Source: the human T2T-CHM13v2.0 reference genome, Homo sapiens. From it: a DNA stretch of 64,000 nucleotides. Numbering within the stretch: position 1 is the first letter of the stretch; the number at the start of each line of letters is the position of its first letter. This document shows, in pieces, positions 17,291 through 35,598 of the stretch. The position numbers were made by a program, and so were the translations under genes. The stretch lies in NCBI RefSeq assembly GCF_009914755.1, contig NC_060927.1; one strand, written 5' to 3'. The notes beneath the pieces were generated by a model, which was given only the letters and a program-made list of their open reading frames with translations, did no database searches and had not been told where the DNA came from.

Positions 17291-20200
17291 ATTATTTATA
17301 AAACACTTGCTCTGGAACAAGGCAGAAAATGGAAAGTTGAATATTTTAAAATGAAACATAATGATCCCTTCACTTTTTTCCTAAAAGAATGAGGGTAGAT
17401 TATTTAGATTTTCTGCTTTTTGGTGTATAAGGATGCTGTGGAATGTGAAAAAGCAACCAGGCTCTAGGTGTGTCAATATGGTGGAGTAGAAATATATACA
17501 GTGAATCATCTTTTTCCCTGAATATGTAAAACTGGTTTCTAGGGGCTGAGCAATTCTACCTTTTTTTTTTTCTTTCCGCTGCACTTACATGGATTCAACA
17601 AAAACCATGTAAAATATTTATTTAGTGATGTATGTATTTGTAGTCAAACACACAAACACACACAAAAGTGCAATATTCTGGAGGTCTAGATACTAAAAAT
17701 TCAGCTGAGTTAAATATGATAAGTTAAAATACAGTATTTTTGCCCAAAACGTTAACAGCAGAGAATGCCAAAAATTTCAGTTACTAATCAAGGAAAATAG
17801 GAGTCCTGCAATTTTGTAAAATAATGAACCTTTCAAAAAATTTCCAAAACCTTTTTTATTTTCCAAATAAACAACTTTTGTTTGCTTTCAAGTTTTAAAT
17901 ATTGCCAAGTCACATCAACTGGGAGAAAGATTTAGATCCAAGCACGTTTACATGATCTTTGCATAAATAATTTACAAAACAGAAGATAAGCTAACAAAAC
18001 ACAAAGGCTAGATATAGTGTATGGGATAAACTGATATTTAATCTCAATACAGTTTGAAGGTATTCTAAAATATATGCAAACACATTAAGCTAAGTAAGCT
18101 TAGAACACAATTAAAAATTTGTCTAAATCTATTTCCGCCAGAGTGGAGATTTTATAGCAATTGTTTAATTATATAAGTGTTCATAATTCACTAATATTTC
18201 CAAAATATAAAAGAATAGTATATTGTTTTTAACACCTAAAAAGTTTGAAAAATCTATAAAACAAGGTATGGAAAAATTTTCATTAAAAAACTAAATATTT
18301 GACAATTATACATTAAATTTCCTAGAATTTAATATACTTGCATGGTTTATTTATTTGTTTAAAGTAATATCAAACTTTCATTCTTGGATTTCCTCTCCAA
18401 GACTTGGGGATAAATATAATTTTTTCAAGCCAATAAACCTGAATTGAATACATATACACTAACTGAGAGGTTCAGGAAAATTTAAACGTTAAAAAATAAA
18501 TATAAAGGAAGGAAAAACATTTTAAAAATTGACTCTAGCATATGTAATCCAATTGTAAACTAAATCAATCCTGCTCATTAAGATCTATAAAATGTTTTCT
18601 GAAATATCTATGCCACTATTTATGGAAAGTCTAATGTTTTTCCTATACTTTAAATATATACTTTCCTATACTTATAAATTCATAGTTAACATAGCCTCTC
18701 ATTTTCATCATTGTTTCAGAGAAATTCCTTCTTCCAAATCTGTTCAGTTTATGGGTTGGCTCACATGCATGAATATGCAATGCTTTTTCCATACCATATC
18801 AATCCAGATATGGTACTCAGTCCTGATTTGCATACCTAAATAAATTACCTATGTACTTGCATACATGAACTTTGTGTGTATGGACAGCTTCACTGAGTTT
18901 TGGTGGAGAGAAACGGGGCTAATATCATACCAATCCAAACTTAAATGGAAGGTCAGACATAAAATTCAATCAGTCCCTCTCTCTTACTGCTGCCTTTGAC
19001 ACATGGCATCTTAGCAATTTCACCACACCCCCAACAGAGCATTTCTGTTACAGAACTTTTAGCACTTAATGTTCTCCAACTCTTGCTAACAACCTTTTCC
19101 AATAGCACTAATATCATTTCTGGTAGTAAAGAACAGAATGTTTGGCAATACCATGTTAAAACATTAATTAGCATTAAATCCAATCACTGGAAATTTCTTC
19201 CTTTCAATATTTCTTTTAAACTCAGAAGGAAATTATCAATTTGTGGTTATTATGTCTTACACATTTTCTAGCATTAGCTAATAACTTTTTAACAACAAAA
19301 ATACAAGCCTCAGATAAGGGCTCTAGAAGGCAAATGTATCCAATATAATGACGCTTTTTGTTGTTTCTGTTTGAATATCTTTTTATTTGTGGTAATTAAA
19401 ATTTTATTTTAAAATAAAAGTACTTTAATGAAAATGAGTCCATTTACAAAATACTAGGTAAAAATAATAAAGGAATGATGAATTCATGGCAAAACATTGT
19501 AAAAATTTATAAAATGTTAACATTTAGGGAACACTTTTCTAGAACAGAGACAGTTGTAGCTATTTTAGAGAAATTCTGCTGCCAACTGTTAAGTCAATTT
19601 TTTAATCCAGGTCCACTTATATGTGATTTAAAATTAAGGTTTCTTTTGGATTTTTAAAAGTCAAATACCTGAGAAAACACAATGGAGTACATGACACTCA
19701 TGGTTTGATAAAGTGAAATGTGTGATTTCATTGGGAATGGTGAAATCTCAACTCTTGCTAATTCCACAAACCCTTCATCCCAAGATTCCATTTGAAATAG
19801 CATTACACTATAATGTATTTGATACCTTCAACAACAGATTGTAAAAGCAATGGAACTATGTGCAGTCAAAATTTGAGAGAGGTAAACCAAAGGTATTAAG
19901 AACGGTAATTATTTCAATCTTAGCATATGATATAGCCCACAAAACCTAGAAATGAGTCATTAGTGAATAAATGACTTAAAATAAAAATTGTCTTAATGGG
20001 ATCTTCCCCAGAAATTGGAATTTAAAATGAAGTCCTTGATTTTCCACTGAAAATATGTTGTAGTGTTCACTGAGAGAATATACAGATTCACAGTCAGTGA
20101 AAGTGAGATGGTTTTGATAATAAAGGAAAAAAACTATTTATTTATTTATTTATTCATTCATTCATTCATTTATACTAAATGAGATCGTGGCAGCAAGACA

Positions 20201-22705
20201 TACAGTAAGTTTGAGCGTCTTGCAAAGAAGATAAACCATTTTAAGTAGAGAAATTATTAGTTCTAGACCTCAAATTACTTGGCTATAAATCATGGGAGAG
20301 ATGGTTTGGGCCTAGAGAACTGTAAGGGCTGGCCTCTTAACACTAAAAAAAAAAGAAAAGAAATAAATGCAATTATTTATATGGACTCTTTGGCTTGCCA
20401 GATTTAATGGAACTTAACCATATGATGGGTCCACCATAAGGAGGCAGATGCAAAATGTCCTTCAAAAATGAATTGACTTTCTAAATAGAACCATCTAATA
20501 TGGCACATTTTAAAACTGGCAAAAACAATGATTTGAGTATTGATATAAATGGTGTCAACTAGAGATCAAGGATGTAAAAAACAATTTTACTTTGCGAGTA
20601 GACAGTCTTGTTCCTCAGAGTACCTAGTATTTCCAAGTAACTAAATCTAGATATCTTCATATCAATTTGATTAAATCAAATTATGTATTTCTGCAAATTC
20701 AAGATTCACAGCACAGTTCCAGTGCAGTCTGCAAACACCTTTAAATTTTGGTTGTTGTTGTTCAACCACTGCATGAGGTCCTGCATATGTGGAAATAGTA
20801 GAAGGTAGCTAGGGATAGTGGAGAGGCCATTAACATAATTTGATCCTGCTAAAGATGAAGAATCAGAGAGTAAAGCTCAATTTTGTGTTCCTATTGTCTT
20901 TCGCTGCTGATGTTCTCCTAACCTGTCTCTTGGCACAAGTAATTCTCAGTGGTAGGTCTGATGGTGGTACATTTGCCTCTTTTATCACATAGAATGAATG
21001 GTAACATGGAAATATTGTTGTACTTCTCTTGTCATAGTTGGACATTTTTGCCTTTCCAGTTAGACTCCTGATGCTTGCCTGACTTTCATTCTTCAAGTTA
21101 TTCATGAGTGTACTTCTAAGGACATTAGAAACTTGTACATACTTTTCATGATTCACTAGGCCATGGGACTCTTGGTGAGCTCAAGGGCTCCTCTTGTTTC
21201 CGAGTGCCTTATGCCACCAGCAATCTACTCTAATATTTACACTCACAAGAGACGTGAAGTAGCAGTTAAAGCAAAAAAAAAAAAAAAAAAAAAAAGGCTT
21301 AGGATGTGTTTGCAAATTGGACTAGAAATGATTTGTGAATGTTGAATTTAGCTGACATAAATAATTAAATTAATATGAATTGATAATAAATTTACTTGAA
21401 AATATCTAGATTAAGTTATCTGTGACAAGATTAGTAGGGGTTTAAAAACATGAAAATAGGCTCAGTTGCAAGAAATATTCTTTTTAAATTCTTAATTTTT
21501 TGTTAATAGCATCTATGTTGAAATCTCAGCACTTATTTCTGGCATAATTTTTGAGGCTGCTGCAATCAAACTTCAGTCTGGAAATGACATGTTATTGTTG
21601 CCTTTTCTAATTGTCCCCAAACTTCTTTAGTTATGGGGCACTAAAATTTATTTAATTTTTTCTTTCTGTCCCCAATTCAATTCTTATCAGTAAGGTTAAG
21701 TTAATCTTTTGTCAAAAATTTGCCATCTTATATCATACTTGTTTCCTTGTCTCTAATTTTGTGCTTCCCCATTTTTAGTTCTTTTCATATTTGAGGCCAA
21801 TACAAACATAAATTTTACTAGAATCTATTAAAACATTCAAATTTCCTCCAATTTACATCCAAATCTTTGGCTTTTTCTCTCATAAACTGAATTTAGCATT
21901 CTTCTCTAGTCCCTGGCAAATGATTCTGGCCTTCCAGTTGTAATGAATAGTGATGGAAGAAATGTGTTGAACAATACAGTAAAAACTGCACTACTGTAAA
22001 TTAATAACTATGTCCATCATCCTGTCACAGGTTGACACAATGATAATTTCCATATTTGGGTGAGTAAATATTTGTGTTGAGCAGGAAAGTCCTAGCTAAT
22101 TTCTCCATTTTTTAAAGATAGAGTTGTTTCTAGCACTATCAAAAGCAGAGATATTGTAAAAAACAGGAAGATGTAAATGTCAGTTGCTGGCAATACATAT
22201 GTATATGGAGTCCCAAGACATGAACTCTGGTGATCCTCAATACTATCTATCTGTGGTTCAACACAGGTAAAAATTCAATTCACCCAGACCCATCATATTG
22301 GTCATACCATTGAATTGGTCATACTATTCATCTCTTTCTTTAAACTCTGAAAGGATAGCCTGAGTGAAGATTTGCAGACTAAGGGGGGCTTATGAACAAA
22401 ATTTCACTCTTGCTTTCTTTCCTGCTGTCTGATGAATAAGTTTTGTTTAGTGAATGAGATTAGGTTTCAAATTTGGTTAATAAATGTGCCAAATGAAGGA
22501 TAAAATGTATGGGCTATAAACTGCTTGAGCAATGGTAATGGGCCTCAGGGAAACCAAGTAAAAGAGACCTGCTCCTAACTACCTATCTTTGCATCCATCA
22601 ACCAAGCAACAGTATAGGATAGAATATAGCTTAAACTATGAGGCTAGTGAGGTTCCCCACTTTCCCCCAGCTCAAATTCTTTGATACCTTTAGAAATCTG
22701 AGTCT

Positions 22706-23012
<307 letters not shown>

Positions 23013-23326
23013 CAGAAATCTGAGTTTAAATCTTTTCAGAACAAATATATTTGAGGTTTCTTCCAGTTCTAACACCTACAATTGTATGTGTTGAATTGAG
23101 AAATTTTATTCTCAGTAAAAGATTCAAGATTATAAAAATGTACTATTGTACATCTTATTATTATTAACAGTGAAAATATCTGACAAATCATCTAAATAAT
23201 CTATTTATTACTCACGATTTTTCTCTAAAAATTTCAAAACTTTAAGTAAACTTTAACATTCTTTGTAATGGAAATAAACAATATTAAGTGAAAAATATAA
23301 AACATTATGTTTTATATTGTTAGAAT

Positions 23327-27300
<3,974 letters not shown>

Positions 27301-27374
27301 AGACTATTATCCCATGTTTATTAAAACTACTATTTCAAATATTCAACCCTTGATTAATAAAACTAATATTATGT

Positions 27375-27525
27375 TTCAGTCACTATGCTAAGCACCTTAG
27401 ATCAGTTAACACATTTAATCATAGAAACAAAACCATGAAATAAGCATTATTATTGTCATTCTTATCTTGTAGGTGAATAAATCTCTAGAGGAAATAAATT
27501 AATTAAAATGCCCAAAATCACAGTT
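27375..27525 (-). mobile_element. MIR relic
   Basis: cactatgctaagcac...catttaatc...aaccatgaaataagcattattattg. Confidence 0.55.
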
Positions 27526-28034
27526 AATCTCTACTAAAGAATTTTATGATCATGCACTATAGTTTTAAAAGGACATTGGTTAAGATGTTAAATCATACAT
27601 GAAAATATAAGTTGTTCCAGATAATACTTACATAAAAAGATTGAATGCCCTCTTGTGTATACATGACATGAAATATTTGTAGTAAAATAACATATATGTG
27701 ATATCTTTGGAATTTTTTATGTATGTGTGGAGTGTGTATGTATGTGCATGTAGATCCTTTGACCTAAAATGTATCCTTTATTAACAGATTCCAAATAAAA
27801 ATATTTAGAGATTCAGGATTTCATGCAGGGATAAAAATATTAACCACAGTACTATTATAATAAAATCAAATTAGAAACCAAATAATGTTTCTTGCCAATA
27901 GACTGTAAGGGAAATTATGATATATTCATAGGAAGCCCCTGGGAAAAATTTTGCAAGGATTTTTAATGATATTGTTAACTGTTTCTAGAGCAAAGTTAAG
28001 TAAAATATGCTGGATTTAAATATTTATAATCAAT

Positions 28035-28155
28035 ATATTCATTCATTTAGTGACTATTTCACTCATCAAAATGTATCAGGCAGTATTCCAGTAGAAGAGG
28101 AAGATGTAGTGCTGACTAAGACAAATGAAAGCCCTGTCCTCATGGGCATCTATTT
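28035..28155 (-). mobile_element. L2 3' end relic
   Basis: attcattcatt...caggcagtattcc...aagacaaatgaaagccctgtcctcatgg. Confidence 0.55.
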
Positions 28156-28489
28156 TTCTATCTACCTATCTATTGACCTAACTGCTTACCTATCCACTTG
28201 TATCAGTCAGCTCTTACTGAATAACAAACCATTCCAAAACTCAGTGCTGTAAATCAATTATGTGCCGTGAGATTCTTGCTTTTATATCAGAGGGTCATCC
28301 AGAGAAATATGCAGTAGAAATAAATTAATAAAAATGTCTAAAGTCACAAAGTTAATCTGTTTTTAAAAAGACAGAATTTTATAACCATGTGCTATACTTT
28401 TGAAAGGTCATAGGCTAAGATGTTAAATGATAAAGGAAAACATTAGTTTCTCTTGATAGTATCTATGTGGATAGATTTGATGCCGTCTC

Positions 28490-29505
<1,016 letters not shown>

Positions 29506-29744
29506 TTACATTAGATTGGTCAAAGCAAATCACATGACCAAGCCAATATCTGTGGATGGAAATACCTACTCTTCCTCTGCTAGGAAATTCAAACATGATA
29601 TATTTTCATCCTTGTGTGTCATAAGAAGGCAGTAATTGGAAATATGTTTGTGAATTATTGAAGGAAATAATTCAATAAATCCACTATTTTATACCAGATA
29701 TTTATATATTCTCTATTTTCCATTTGTGGAAATGTATGATAACG

Positions 29745-29960
29745 ACAATAGCTTACATTTATTCAATGCTTGCCAGTGCAGGCACTGATGCCTAATCTTC
29801 ACAACAACCTTATGAAGTAGTTACTCTTATTAACCCTATTTAAAAAATAAGAAAACTGAGTTTGAATCATATTAATTAGTCCAAGGTCCCGCATTTTTTA
29901 TGTGACATATCCAGGATTCAAAAGCAACGGGCTGTTGGAGAGCTCACATGGTTAAACAAC
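29745..29960 (-). mobile_element. MIR SINE
   Basis: taatcttcacaacaaccttatgaagtag...gaaaactgag...ccaaggtcc...caggattcaaa. Confidence 0.7.
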
Positions 29961-29987
29961 ACAAAACATTTTGTCAAAATGAAATGT

Positions 29988-31528
29988 TGATGGCAGCGGC
30001 AGCCTGTCTGGAGTGTCCGCTGTCTTGACGCTAGCTCAGTGAGGGAGGCGCAGCTGGGACTGCCGCTCCATGGAGCTGGCAGGAGCTGGGAACAGGTGGT
30101 AGCCCCACCCTCTTACAAGTTGGAGGGGTGGGAGCCCCGCCCTCACAGGCACAGCTGCATCCGCTTAGTCGTGGCTGTGGATCTGTGTATCCCTGCACTT
30201 TGCGGGGATGGGAGGTGCAGGAAGCCCCCCTGCCCCCGCAGCCTCAGAAGTGCCTGCTCCTGCTGCCTGGTCTCTCCCCACTCCCAGTGCCCACTCCCGT
30301 TTCACAGCAAAGTTGTGGCTGAGCTCAGGCACCGTCATCACCTGGCGGGGTGTGCACGTGCCTGGGGCAGCAGTGAAATGCTAGCCCCCTGCCACCTTGG
30401 TGCCTTCTGGACTTTGGTCACCAACAAGCATGGGAGGGAGCCCGAGAGGGGCAGCTTGGCGTGGGCCTGTAGGCTCCCTGCAGCAACAGCCTGGTCGCCA
30501 TGGGCACCGTGGCTGGCAGGTTAATGGTGGCAGAAAGCAAACAGGATCCTGGCTGGAAAGGGTCAAGTCCCTGGTGAAACCCCACCTTCAAGCCAGGGAG
30601 GGCCTGAGGCCTGGGCTCCACGTTGCCTTTTCCGTGCACCAGAGTGAAAACTCGCGCTTTTTCCGGGCCTGCCCATGGCCACCTACGGACCAATCTGGCA
30701 TGCACTTCCTCCCCTATGAAGCCCATAAAAACCCTGGACTCATTTAGACTCGGGCAGATGACGGAGTAGCCTCCCTGTGGACAGGTGCTACCCACTGTGG
30801 GTGTCCTCTCTGCTGAGAGCTGGACACTCATTGGGACGACCTGACTGTGGAGAGGAGCTACCCAGTATAGGTCTCCTCTGAGACCTATACTGTTCTGTCA
30901 CTAAATAAAGCAATTGTTTGCCTTATTCACCCTCCACCTGTCCACATACTTTATTCTTCCTGGACACAGGACAAGAACTCAGGACCCATCAAACGGTGGG
31001 ACTGAAAGAACTGTAACACAAACAGGGCTGAAACATGCCCCTTGCTTGCCACATTGCAGGCGACAAGGAGGAGGTAAGAGGGAAAGAGAGAAGAGCTGCG
31101 GCCATTCAGGGAGCCCAGACCTGGGAGCTCCCTGAGCCAGGGCTGTGACACCCTCTTTGGGGCTCTGTGGTTCCCGGTGTCTCTAAGGTTCTGGGCGCAA
31201 CCATGTCCCCTCGTGGCAGCCATAGAAGCTGCTTGTGCCTGGTCCAGCTGCAGCCTTGCAGGGAGCCAGCCCCCATGCTGGCACCTGGAGCTGCCCACCC
31301 CACCACAGCTGGCATGCCTAGCTGTACACAGTGACCATACCCCATGCTCACTCTCTCACACCCCCTCACTGCTCCACACTTGACTCGCCCTTGACAGGCA
31401 TGGGAAACAGGCCAGTAGCATAAGCCAAGGTCAGCCTGCCAGGCTGAGTGAGTAGAACGAGCCTAGTGGCTCGTGAGTTTTGCTCAGGCAAAGGTGCCAT
31501 CCTCTGTGGCCCCAAGGATCCTGTCACA
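29988..31528 (+). mobile_element. MER52-family ERV1 solo LTR (~1.54 kb, GC-rich)
   Basis: Starts tgatggcagcggcagcctgtctggag, ends ggatcctgtcaca; 4-bp TSD atgt 29984-29987 / 31529-31532; cataaaa box ~30724 and aataaa ~30904. Confidence 0.88.
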
Positions 31529-31618
31529 ATGTTACTAGAAATAGCAGTCCTTTGGTTTTAAATGTCCATCTCATCCATTGGGTAGTTACATGTTTATGCA
31601 TGTTTAGAAATGATAATG

Positions 31619-31796
31619 TTTTTAAATTTTACCTTAAGTTCTGGGATACATGTGGAGAATGTGCAGGTTTGTTACATAGGTATATACATGTGCCATGGCA
31701 GTTTGCTGCACCTATCAGCCTGTCATCTAGGTCTTAAGCCCTGCATGCATTAGGTATTTGTTCTAATACTCGCCCTACCCTTGCCCCCCACCACAC
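31619..31796 (-). mobile_element. L1PA (PA8-like) 3' UTR fragment
   Basis: aagttctgggatacatgtg...taggtcttaagccctgcatgcattagg. Confidence 0.8.
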
Positions 31797-32244
31797 AAAT
31801 ATAATTTTCTAACAAAAATTGTCTGTTTTGAAAACTTTTTATTGTATGTACCAGAGAATATAGAAGAACATGCCATTAATTTATTTCCTGAATCCTCGTA
31901 GTGAGTGATACGTGTGTGTGCATATGAAGTAACCTTATTATCTATTTTTTTAGCATGTATTATTAAAAGAGACATTTGAAAAACTCACAAGATGTTTCTA
32001 TTTATTTTGATTCTAGACAGATTTTGGGAAGTTTCAACTTAGACGATATGTTCAAAATAAAAATACATTGCAAATTTCCATGTTCTAAACTAATTACAAC
32101 AAAAGCACAATTTAGGAGAATTGAGGGTAGGGGAAATTAAATGAATTATAAGCTTCATTAAGCATAATTTGATCATTGAGTATACTGAATTAGATTTTTA
32201 CATTTTTATTCTTTCTGATCTAGATCAATATGTCTTGATCATCA

Positions 32245-32270
32245 GTGTGTGTGTGTGTGTGTGTGTGTGT
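32245..32270. repeat. (GT)n microsatellite
   Basis: Direct reading of the sequence. Confidence 0.95.
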
Positions 32271-32692
32271 ATGATCACCAATGGTTTTTGTCATTTTGGA
32301 ATGTCATGTAAAAGGGAAATGACAGTACCAGACAAACTATTATATGTGTACCAGAGAGTACACAAAAATTGGCATTGACTTATTCACTGAATCCTCACAG
32401 TGAGCGACATAAATCAAAACTCCCTGTGACAGTAGGGAAAGGCTGGTAACTTTTAGTAGGAAATTGATACAGGTATGCCTTTCAGAGAATGAGAGGAGAT
32501 TCTTTCCACGGTGCTATCTACAGTAACTACTTGCAGGGATGTTGTTCCTTAATGAAAGGTTTCTTTTAAGATATATGTACCTTTTGTAATGCTAACAGAA
32601 TTGATGATGGGAACTGAAAACCTAAGATGGACTGATGAACAGATTGGTTTGCAAACACCTCTTATGGGTAGAAAAATGTAGGTATAACATAA

Positions 32693-33057
<365 letters not shown>

Positions 33058-33937
33058 GACTTTTTTCTTAAAGGGGAAAGACAATGAATTCTGTATTTTG
33101 TCAGAAATTTAAAATTTCTACCTCAATTAGTGTAAATGGAACTATCTTGTCGACATAATATATACAAAGCATTATATAAAAAGTGCTATAAAAGATACAA
33201 TTGTGAATAAGGCATAATATTCCCCTCATGATAAAAAAAGTTCAAAAATTGTTATAAATCTGTATAGGGTAGATTTGAGTTTTAAGAAAACAAAAAATGC
33301 TATAAGATTCAAAACCTGAGGAAATCACATTTATCTGGCTGTAATTCTGGGTAAAAAATTTTTGCATCTTTTGGGCATGTTAAACCAAATAAAAATAGCA
33401 TATGTGGGTATCATATGCTACCAAGTATCACAACGCCACTGGCCTATAATCAGCCTTAGGCACCTTGTACACAGGTCCCTCCAGTATCACGAGCCTCAGT
33501 GTGTATTTCAGAAACACACACTTATAGCATATCAGGTGAACCACACTTGTTCCAAGTCATTCCTGTGTAGTCTTTAATAATAAATAATATTATGTGATAA
33601 ATTTAGAGGTCAATCAAATGGGTGAGTTAGTTCTAGAAATTTTTGGAAGGCATTAATGGGCTATAATTCATTCTGTTTTGTCTTATCCTGAAATTCCCAT
33701 GAAACCACAAGGATATCCTGTAGGAATTTTAGAATCACTCTGTTTCTCAAAAAGAACTCTAGTCTCCTCAACTAACTTCAGCTCCATATTCACTTGGTAT
33801 TATAGTTTTGGCTGGGGCCATGTGCCCAAAACCACATTGCTGGATTACTCTGTTTTATGGAATTTTCTGCCACAGCAATTTGTATCATGTTCATTTTTTA
33901 CTATAGTAACCTATGGAATGTTAAACAAAGTATCTCG

Positions 33938-34112
33938 AAAAAGGAAGAAGAAAGAAGATGAAGAAGAGGAAGAAGAAGAAGAGGAAGGGGAAGAAGAAGG
34001 AGAAGGAGAAGGAGAAGGAGAAGGAGAAGGAGAAGAAGAAGAAGAAGAAGAAGAAGAAGAAGAAGAAGAAGAAGAAGAAGAAGAAGAAGAAGAAGAAGAA
34101 GAAGAAGAAGAA
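33938..34112. repeat. Polypurine tract: interrupted GAA, then (GGAGAA)n, then pure (GAA)27 at 34032-34112
   Basis: Direct count. Confidence 0.97.
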
Positions 34113-35598
34113 GATTTCTATGAAATACGTTTTGTTTTGCTGTTTCAGTCCGTAATCTATTCTTCTAGAATTGAAACCTACATGCACCACCTGATTTAAA
34201 AAGTGGGTCTGAGATCAGTGTCATACCTTATGATCCTCTTTTTCCACAATCATAGCTTATTGTTTCAAATGTGACCCTCTGGCCCATGGAAAGTTATTTA
34301 AATATATCTCATTTGGGAAGTCGAACTAAATAGTACTAACATACTGATTTAGTAAATTGTAGCTAATATCTCACTGGTGGCAAAATACCACAGTGAACAT
34401 CTAAGAATTTCTTGGGCTGAAACCTTCATAATTGCCCTGGATTCCACTTTTCCTGAGGCTTGCTGTGTGTGGTTCTTTACAATAATTTTCCTTTATTTTT
34501 TGAGCTGTTGACACTACTGCCTTAAGAGCAAATGCAACCTAATAAAAACAGTCAACTCTTGGCATAGTTTTGCCTGTAAAATTAAACAGTCTTAATTTAT
34601 TATTTCTGTAATCCTTAGTGGCATTTATCGGATTAGGATTGAAATATCAAAAGCAGTTATAAGCACTGGTATTCCTTGGAATGAAAAATAAGAAAATATA
34701 TAATTTTATGTAATTTTATGTGTACATGTGTGTTTGTGTGTGTGTTTAATGTTTTTATGCTACCTGATATTTGTGGATCTTAATGTAATAAGAATCTCTG
34801 ATCATCTCTTGTGCAATATGGGATGCTGGTGGTCTCTGGAGTGTCACAACAAAAGTTACATCAACTGGCGGTGACCATAAATGAAGTGCCTATGAAAGAC
34901 AATGCCTCAAGACACCAAATAACTGCTGCCCTAGATTGCTGGGGGAGGAATGATGACTACAGATACACTAGATTTTTCTGACTATACTGGAACATTAACA
35001 ACAACAATAAAATGACAAGTTTAGTCCTTTAAATACTTAGTTAAAGGCACAGTCAGAGACCATGTTTCTGTGGTTTATCAGAAAGCATGTTTTATCTCTT
35101 ATTTTAAAAATTCTGTTTCTGAAACCAGATCTAAAGTTTGATTCTGCATAACAAATTTACAACCAAGTTAAATTCAGGTCTGCTCCAGATGTTTCAGTAA
35201 TAGGGAAATAGCAATAACCTGAATATCATACTGAGGACATTTGAGAGGATTTGTATGAACATGAGTATGCTGAATACCTAAATTCAATGATCCTACCTTA
35301 CCCATTTTTTTCTTCTGCATGAGGAGGCTACAATCCTTTCATTTGAAGACCCTGTACTTTCCTCACTTGAAGCAGTCACTCTTCTTCATGATATTCATTT
35401 CATCCCTTCTTGTTACTTCCAAAACTGTAATTAGAGTTAGATTTCATCATGGCTGAAGGAAATGGGCCCAAAGTCTACTTGGAAGAGATAGCATTTGCAC
35501 CAAAAGTGCAAGGTTTTGACACTTCATATCAAGCAGAATATGGGGGAATATGTGTGTAAATAAATACTTAAAGTGGAAAAGCTATTAGGAAAGAAAAA

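Noticed and set aside
20863-21156. 97-aa minus-strand ORF in unique DNA
   Set aside because: GTG start, in-frame stop just upstream, no recognisable homology or convincing splice frame.
21273-21295. Isolated A23 run as a retroposed tail
   Set aside because: No convincing TSD or upstream element; treated as a simple homopolymer.
30039-31383. Many overlapping GC-rich ORFs
   Set aside because: All lie within the MER52 LTR, where GC content suppresses stop codons.
33938-34112. Identification as the FXN or FGF14 disease repeat
   Set aside because: Not inside an Alu as at FXN, and I cannot recognise the flanks; no locus assignment is supportable.
33678-34199. 173-aa ORF with a poly-Glu/EG tract (RPGR-ORF15-like appearance), plus poly-K and poly-F ORFs
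   Set aside because: Artefact of the stop-free GAA repeat; non-ATG start and flanks with no protein-like character.
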